NCBI GenBank assembly: GCA_037481655.1
Contig: JBBFLF010000001.1
Coordinates: 48,365 to 112,364 of the forward strand
Direction of reading: 5' to 3'
DNA: 64,000 bases
Source of the DNA: Desulfobaccales bacterium
Lineage (GTDB): Bacteria > Desulfobacterota > Desulfobaccia > Desulfobaccales > 0-14-0-80-60-11
Shown here: one piece after another, positions 28,013 to 33,403 of the stretch
Layout: each line of letters begins with the position of its first letter
Position numbering within the stretch: position 1 is the first letter of the stretch
Program-made: the position numbers and the translations under genes
The notes under the pieces: model-generated
Databases searched by the model: none
Told to the model about the DNA's origin: nothing
The model's input: only the letters and a program-made list of their open reading frames with translations

Positions 28013-30967
28013 TTATTTCGAAACCGTGGCGGACCAGGGGCCGGTGCCCGAGGCGTTGTAAGCCGCCACCCGGTAATAGTATTTGGCGTTCTTGCCGCCG
28101 TTAGGTGCCCTGTCGGCCACGGCCGTGGCATTGGCCGGCGCCTTGAATTGCACCAGATTTTGCTTGAAGTTCTGATTGGTGGACCGCTGGATGATGAAGC
28201 CCACCTCGTTGGCGGGGTTGGCAAGCGTGGCAGCCGCATGGACCGGGGTGGGATCGTTCCAACTGATGGTGCCGCCCACCGCCGAAACGCTGAGGCCTGT
28301 GACCAGCCCCGGCAGCTGTGTCGGCACCCGCAAAGCGATGGGCCGCATCATGTCGTGTTCTTCGTGGCCCAGCAGGTGGCAGTGCCAGACGTATTCATGA
28401 CCAAAGTTCGCCATCTGGTTGGTGGTAAGGGGGGCCAGCGGATCAAAGGGGGGCATGAAGCCCACGCTGGAGCCGATGGGCATGGTCACATCCATGGGGC
28501 GGACGCTGTTGGGTTGGCCAAACTTTAGCTTTTGCTGCTTGGGCCGCACCGCGACGATGGTGTGTTCCAGGGCGTTCACCCGGATGGTCTCCTTCCAGCC
28601 CAGCTCGTTGGCATCCGGCGGCCGGACGGTGTTGTCCCAGCCCAATCGGTTGATGATCTGCACGTTGAACAGGTGGAAGTGGATGGCATGGGTGTCAATG
28701 CCGTTGTGGATGATGACCCACACCTGGGTCTGGCCGTCCGGCTGGTCCTCTGTGGTGGGATCGATGTAAGCAAAGCCGAAGGCGTTTTGGCCGGCGGGGT
28801 CGAGCGAGGTCCGTTCCGTCCCCAGCATGGCGTTCATCCGGCCGTAGTCGAAGGAGAAATCTTCGGTGATGGTCTTCAAAAAGACCGGCTGACCGCCGAT
28901 CTGCGGAATCTGGCCGGTCAGGACGCCGAAGCGGTTGTCCGCATAAACCCCCGGTCCCGGAGTGCCCAGCACTCTCACCGTGTCCGGCGTGCTCACCAGG
29001 TACGTGGGATCATACACCGGGTCGGTGTGGGAAGCCTTGTAGGCGTTGTTGAGCTCTGAGGCCAGGTTCGCATGGACGCCGGGACCGGTGGTGCTGCCCA
29101 CCACAAACTTCATGATGGTCCGGGTGTTGGGACCCTGTCCCGGCTGGGTGGTGGGGGGGCCGCCATTGGCAGTGAAGTCCGGATTGCCGGTATACAGGTC
29201 GTAGCGCCGGTCGAAGAGGGGCATGGCGGCCGGGGCGTCGTTATACAGGATGAGATGGGAACCCTCGGGCACGTTGGAGAAGTCGATGATGATATCGGCC
29301 CGCTCCGCCGGCCCCATAAGCAAGGTGTAGCCCACCTGGTCATAGCCCTGGCCCACGAAGTTCCGGGTGAACCCGTACGTGGCGCTCTTGGGGTCCCGGT
29401 CAAAGTCGAAGACGGCCGGGGGATCATTGAGGATGGCCGGCTGGGGGAGGAAGCCGCCTTCGTTGCCGATCTGGATGATGGCCGGGCCCGCCTGGCGGGG
29501 ATCCGGCACCCCGCCGAACCGGGTGTCGCCGGGCACCCTGGCGGTCTTGCCGTTAGGCAAGGTATAGGTCACGCCGTTGGCCGGCACCATGACCACGTCC
29601 GAGTTGTCGGTGATCACGTAATTGGGGTCGGGAAGCTGGGTCACGTCGTTCAGGACCGGAGTGCTGCTGGGGTTCGGGCCGCTGTTGTTGGCATAGTAGA
29701 GCTGCAGGTTGAGGTGCCGGTCGTTGCAGGCGTTGAGGAGACGGAAGCGGTAGGCCTTGCGGTCCACGTTCAACACCGGGTAGGCCTTGCCGTTGACGAT
29801 GGGCGTGTCCATGAAGGCCTCGGGGACGATGGAGATGGTAGGCAGCATGGGGTTCTGCACCGAGATGGGCGGCCAGAACCAAGGGCCATAGTCCCAGCGG
29901 CCCAGATCGTTCATCTCCCCGGTGAGCGGCAACTGATTGGGCTGATAGACATGGGGGAACCAGAGCTGGCCATGCCCGCCCCAGGCGCCGAACTGCCAGG
30001 TGGGGTCCACATCCGCGGTTTTGACCCCCGTGCTGCCCGTGTTCACAAAGGTCTTGTCCTGGATGATGAGGGGGATGCCCAAACCGGGCAGCACCCCGGC
30101 GGAGATCAGGTCCTGTTCCACGCTGTCCGTCAAGAGGTAGCCCGCGGCCTCGCCGGCATAAACGTTGAGGCGGGTGATGCCGTAGGCGTGGTCGTGGTAG
30201 AACATCAGCCGGGCGCTCTGCTGGTTGGGGTAATACAGGGTGGCGACGCCGTCATTGGGGGTGCCGGTGACGCTTTCCGACATATCGGGCACGTTTTGGA
30301 AGCTCAAACCCTTGGGGTACTTGACCGCCGTGGGGTCGTTCGCCGGGGTGATCCATTGGTGGGCGATGCCGTCGCTTACCCACGGGGTATTGCCACCATG
30401 CAGGTGGATGGCGGCCCGGTTCTGGGTGAAGTTGCCGGTGACACTGACGCCGTTCACCACTACGCCTTCAAACTGGCCCGCGCCCATGACGGTGGTGTCC
30501 ACCGGCAGGAAGAGGTTGCCCGCCGCGCCGGCGGGGAGCTTGTTAAAGAACTTGACGCGGATCGGCTTGTCGCGCTCGGCCACAATGACGGGCCCCAGGT
30601 AACTCTGCGGGACAGCGGCCACCGGATTGCCATTGGCATCGGCCTGGTAATAGCCTCGGAGTCGGGTGGCCGGCAGGTCCCGGTGAAATTTCCAGGTGGT
30701 GAAGTCCTTCAGCCCGATGTAATAGACCGGATCGCCATTGACCGTGCCACCTTGGGTCGCCAGGGGGATCTCCGTCCCCACCAGGGGCAGCGGGTCCACG
30801 AATTTTGTGAGGATGGGGCTGTAGGCGTAGTTGGGCAGGCTGTAATCCAGGGCCGGGTTTTGGACCGGCTGGGTCCAGGTGAGCTGGGCCCCGGCCTGAT
30901 CCACCCCCCCAGGCAGGGCCAGCCCCAGGGCCAGCCCCAGAACGAAGATGAAGCGACGGGTCATCAT
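28013..30967 (-). CDS. Large multicopper oxidase (CotA/bilirubin-oxidase-like) with Tat-type signal and C-terminal fibronectin-III domain
   Basis: Start at ATG 30967 (GGAGAGAGGAG upstream). MMTRRFIFVLG twin-Arg signal. Copper motifs HLHGG, HDHAYG, HAIHFHL, WHCHLLGHEEHDMM. C-terminal FN3-like YYYRVAAYNASGTGPWS. Confidence 0.9.
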   Translation of the reverse strand: MMTRRFIFVLGLALGLALPGGVDQAGAQLTWTQPVQNPALDYSLPNYAYSPILTKFVDPLPLVGTEIPLATQGGTVNGDPVYYIGLKDFTTWKFHRDLPATRLRGYYQADANGNPVAAVPQSYLGPVIVAERDKPIRVKFFNKLPAGAAGNLFLPVDTTVMGAGQFEGVVVNGVSVTGNFTQNRAAIHLHGGNTPWVSDGIAHQWITPANDPTAVKYPKGLSFQNVPDMSESVTGTPNDGVATLYYPNQQSARLMFYHDHAYGITRLNVYAGEAAGYLLTDSVEQDLISAGVLPGLGIPLIIQDKTFVNTGSTGVKTADVDPTWQFGAWGGHGQLWFPHVYQPNQLPLTGEMNDLGRWDYGPWFWPPISVQNPMLPTISIVPEAFMDTPIVNGKAYPVLNVDRKAYRFRLLNACNDRHLNLQLYYANNSGPNPSSTPVLNDVTQLPDPNYVITDNSDVVMVPANGVTYTLPNGKTARVPGDTRFGGVPDPRQAGPAIIQIGNEGGFLPQPAILNDPPAVFDFDRDPKSATYGFTRNFVGQGYDQVGYTLLMGPAERADIIIDFSNVPEGSHLILYNDAPAAMPLFDRRYDLYTGNPDFTANGGPPTTQPGQGPNTRTIMKFVVGSTTGPGVHANLASELNNAYKASHTDPVYDPTYLVSTPDTVRVLGTPGPGVYADNRFGVLTGQIPQIGGQPVFLKTITEDFSFDYGRMNAMLGTERTSLDPAGQNAFGFAYIDPTTEDQPDGQTQVWVIIHNGIDTHAIHFHLFNVQIINRLGWDNTVRPPDANELGWKETIRVNALEHTIVAVRPKQQKLKFGQPNSVRPMDVTMPIGSSVGFMPPFDPLAPLTTNQMANFGHEYVWHCHLLGHEEHDMMRPIALRVPTQLPGLVTGLSVSAVGGTISWNDPTPVHAAATLANPANEVGFIIQRSTNQNFKQNLVQFKAPANATAVADRAPNGGKNAKYYYRVAAYNASGTGPWSATVSK

Positions 30968-31062
30968 GTTTCTTTCTCCTCTCTCCTGATCTCCTGCATA
31001 CCCGGCCTGGGCCAGCCGGGGGTGAGGGGGATTATTGGATTTTCCATGGCCACCCATGGTGG

Positions 31063-31515
31063 TCACGCCTTTCCGGCTGGACTTGATCCATAAATGATCC
31101 CTCCTTGGGTCGGAGCATTGGTGCTGTGGAATGTGATCACCGGGGATTCGCACAGGACCTGGAGAGCCCCCATGAGAATCCGGTGATGGCCGGTGGCCAG
31201 GTAGCTCTCCAATTTCTCCCGGCTCTGCCACTCCAGGGTCAGCCGAATCAGGTTTTCATCCTCCCGGTCCTGGCAGAAGCGGTATTTCAGGCAACCCATC
31301 TCACAAGCCCTCGCCTCCATGGCCGCCAAGGTGCGCAACAACTCCTGGTGTTTTTCAAAGAAAGGCGTGGTGGAGCAGGCTGTCGCCTGACTCAGCCTCA
31401 GGGCGGTTGTAACCGGAGCGTGGCCAGCCAAAGTGCACTCGGCCAGGTCCAACACCAGGGCCAGCAGAGCCAAGATGGCGATGAAAAAGCGCTTCAGCCG
31501 GTCACCCATAAACAT
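31063..31515 (-). CDS. Exported, Cys-rich ABM (antibiotic-biosynthesis-monooxygenase/Dabb fold)-like protein
   Basis: 150 aa. N-terminal hydrophobic signal/anchor. EMGCLKYRFCQDREDENLIRLTLEWQSREKLESYLATGHH matches the ABM-domain pattern (E.GCL.Y....D.ed.n.f.l.E.W.s.eal..H). Confidence 0.5.
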   Translation of the reverse strand: MFMGDRLKRFFIAILALLALVLDLAECTLAGHAPVTTALRLSQATACSTTPFFEKHQELLRTLAAMEARACEMGCLKYRFCQDREDENLIRLTLEWQSREKLESYLATGHHRILMGALQVLCESPVITFHSTNAPTQGGIIYGSSPAGKA

Positions 31516-32348
31516 CCCTTACCAAATAATGTCGATCTCGACGGTGAGGCATCTTGCCTGACCGATAGCTGATACCAGGCAAATCCCGCATGAGCTCTGC
31601 GCTTCCGGTTTCATCATGAAACCTTTGCCAGCCCCGGGATGAAGGGATCGTGAAGCCTGACCGATGGATTCCGGCAACTCTGGGATACCCTTGGAGCCTT
31701 TGATTGATTCTAAGGATGCGACCATAATTTAAGAAGTGGTTCGATGAGGAGAAATAGTTCAATATACCCAAAAACTAATGAGAAAAAGTTACTAGGCCAA
31801 TTTTTTGTGTAGGGAATTATTGATTTCTAATTTGTCTTATGCTCATATAAATCAATGTCATCTGCAGACATGGGCCTTAGTCCTGCCCGCTTGGCTCCAT
31901 TTTGTGGAGCCATGGGGTTAAGGGCGTAAGTACAAAACCTGCGAGTAAGGCATGCCGAGGCGCACGGCGGGCTTGACAGTGATTTCTTGGAAAATGGCCA
32001 GGATCAGGAGACCAGCCTTGCAGTGGGCATGATGCCGGCTACGCCCTTTTGGCCCCTAATAACGGCAGGAGGAGAAGGTGACCCTTATCAAGGCAAAGGG
32101 AGGACAAAATCACCTCAAAGCCTGAAGATCGATAACCGAGGTTCCCGGCGAGGTCAGAGAGATTACGCTTTTTAAGACACTTACTTAGAAAACATGAAAA
32201 AAGTAAGTCTCAGTTATCCCTCAGCTCTGTTCGGAGGCCAAAGGCGCTCAGGTAGTCTCACGGGAGAGGATATCACGGAAGGCCACATCATCAGGGAAAA
32301 AGCTTTCTTTTTGCTGCCATTTTGTTACCCTCATATCCACAAAGGAAA

Positions 32349-32388
32349 GGAAAATCGGCCCCCAAAAAGAATCTGGCAGCCGATTTCC
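32349..32388 (+). promoter_or_regulatory. Hairpin immediately upstream of the DUF3124 ribosome-binding site
   Basis: GGAAAATCGGC-(19 nt)-GCCGATTTCC (8 bp perfect core), followed by TGAGGTG and ATG at 32401. Confidence 0.3.
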
Positions 32389-32400
32389 TGAGGTGCCGAT

Positions 32401-32943
32401 ATGGTATTCCTCCACGTTTGCTGCTCTCAGCCCCTTCCTTTACGCTCCGGCGGTGACAGCCGCCAAAAAGCGCGCCTCTCCAGATGGGCGGCCGCTTTCT
32501 GCCTGGCCCTCCTGTGGCTGGCAGCCGGAGTCCGGCCCGGTGGGGCCCAGGAGCTCTCCCGGGGGCAACTCGTCTATGTCCCGGTCTATTCCCACGTCTA
32601 CCACGGCGACAAGGAGCATCCCATCCTCCTGGCCGCCACCGTGAGCATCCGCAACACCGACCCCGGCCACCCCATCACCCTCACCCAGGCGGATTACTAC
32701 GACAGCGAAGGGCGGCTCATCCGCAGCTACCTCACCCAACCCCTGACCCTGAGGCCCCTGGCCTCCACCCGCTTCGTGGTCCGGGAATCGGACACCAAAG
32801 GCGGCTCCGGGGCCCATTTCCTGGTCAGGTGGCAGGCAGGCGCGGAGGTCAACGCCCCCCTCGTGGAGAGCATCATGCTGGGCACCGCCATCCAACAGGG
32901 CATCTCCTTCAGCTCCCGGGGCATCCCCATCCGCCCACGCTAA
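32401..32943 (+). CDS. DUF3124 family exported protein
   Basis: 180 aa. GQLVYVPVYSHVYHGD...ATVSIRNTD...ITLTQADYYDSEGRLIRSYL...GGSGAHFLVRWQA...GISFSSRG matches my recollection of DUF3124. N-terminal hydrophobic signal; exact start uncertain. Confidence 0.75.
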   Translation: MVFLHVCCSQPLPLRSGGDSRQKARLSRWAAAFCLALLWLAAGVRPGGAQELSRGQLVYVPVYSHVYHGDKEHPILLAATVSIRNTDPGHPITLTQADYYDSEGRLIRSYLTQPLTLRPLASTRFVVRESDTKGGSGAHFLVRWQAGAEVNAPLVESIMLGTAIQQGISFSSRGIPIRPR

Positions 32944-32969
32944 AGGGGCGGACACCAAAAAGATGGCCT

Positions 32970-33103
32970 GTGGGAGAGGGGGCCAGGGGTCGGGGACCCC
33001 TGCCCCCTCTCCCACACCCCTCTCCCCCAACCCCTTAAGGGGGGTTGGGTGGGGAGTGTGAGGGGAGGGCGGGGGGTCTGTCGACCCCCCGGCCCTCCCC
33101 TCA
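32970..33103. repeat. GC-rich composite element, full 3-module copy (in duplication unit 1)
   Basis: GTGGGAGAGGGGGCCAGGGGTC..GACCCCTGCCCCCTCTCCCAC; CTCCCCCAACCCCTTAAGGGGGGTTGGGTGGGGAG; TGAGGGGAGGGCGGGGGGTC..GACCCCCCGGCCCTCCCCTCA. Confidence 0.9.
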
Positions 33104-33107
33104 GAGC

Positions 33108-33231
33108 CCTGGTCAGGTGGCAGGCAGGCGCGGAGGTCAACGCCCCCCTCGTGGAGAGCATCATGCTGGGCACCGCCATCCAACAGGGCATCTCCTTCAG
33201 CTCCCGGGGCATCCCCATCCGCCCACGCTAA
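33108..33231 (+). pseudogene. Duplicated 3' fragment of the DUF3124 gene (last 41 codons plus stop)
   Basis: Identical to 32820-32943. The 60-aa ORF-track entry 33049-33231 starts inside the hairpin element with no RBS. Confidence 0.8.
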
Positions 33232-33257
33232 AGGGGCGGACACCAAAAAGATGGCCT

Positions 33258-33391
33258 GTGGGAGAGGGGGCCAGGGGTCGGGGACCCCTGCCCCCTCTCC
33301 CACACCCCTCTCCCCCAACCCCTTAAGGGGGGTTGGGTGGGGAGTGTGAGGGGAGGGCGGGGGGTCTGTCGACCCCCCGGCCCTCCCCTCA
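33258..33391. repeat. GC-rich composite element, full 3-module copy (in duplication unit 2)
   Basis: Identical to 32970-33103. Confidence 0.9.
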
Positions 33392-33403
33392 GAGCCCTGA
33401 CAC

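Larger units (their letters stand above)
32820..33399. repeat. Perfect tandem duplication, 2 x 288 bp plus a 4-nt CCTG junction
   Basis: 32820-33107 and 33108-33395 read identical base for base. CCTG occurs at both unit starts and again at 33396-33399. Confidence 0.95.

Noticed and set aside
32002-32017. GATCAGGAGACCAGCC resembles the cobalamin-riboswitch B12 box (..YCMGGAGACCKGCC).
   Set aside because: The other conserved cobalamin-riboswitch elements (the GGGAA / GGTG..AA.CC core, and GCCACTG upstream of the box) are not present in the right order. The nearest downstream start is about 390 nt away and encodes DUF3124, not a B12-related function. Only a cmscan could settle this.
32194-32391. 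A 65-aa + strand ORF (MKKVSLSYPSALFGG...) and a 62-aa ORF at 31987-32175 inside the AT-rich region.
   Set aside because: They have no RBS and no recognisable domain, and their composition is simply that of the AT-rich DNA. They are more likely non-coding.
26630-32400. Declaring the tRNA-Val-flanked oxidase region a bona fide genomic island or integrative element.
   Set aside because: No integrase, transposase or direct repeat of the tRNA 3' end could be found by eye. It is reported only as a hypothesis with a stated test.
32440-33318. A 292-aa minus-strand ORF, together with + strand ORFs 32484-33038 and 33045-33326, running through the DUF3124 gene and the duplicated hairpin elements.
   Set aside because: They exist only because the GC-rich palindromic repeats lack stops. 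Their internal repetition simply mirrors the 288-bp duplication, and they have no RBS or recognisable domain.
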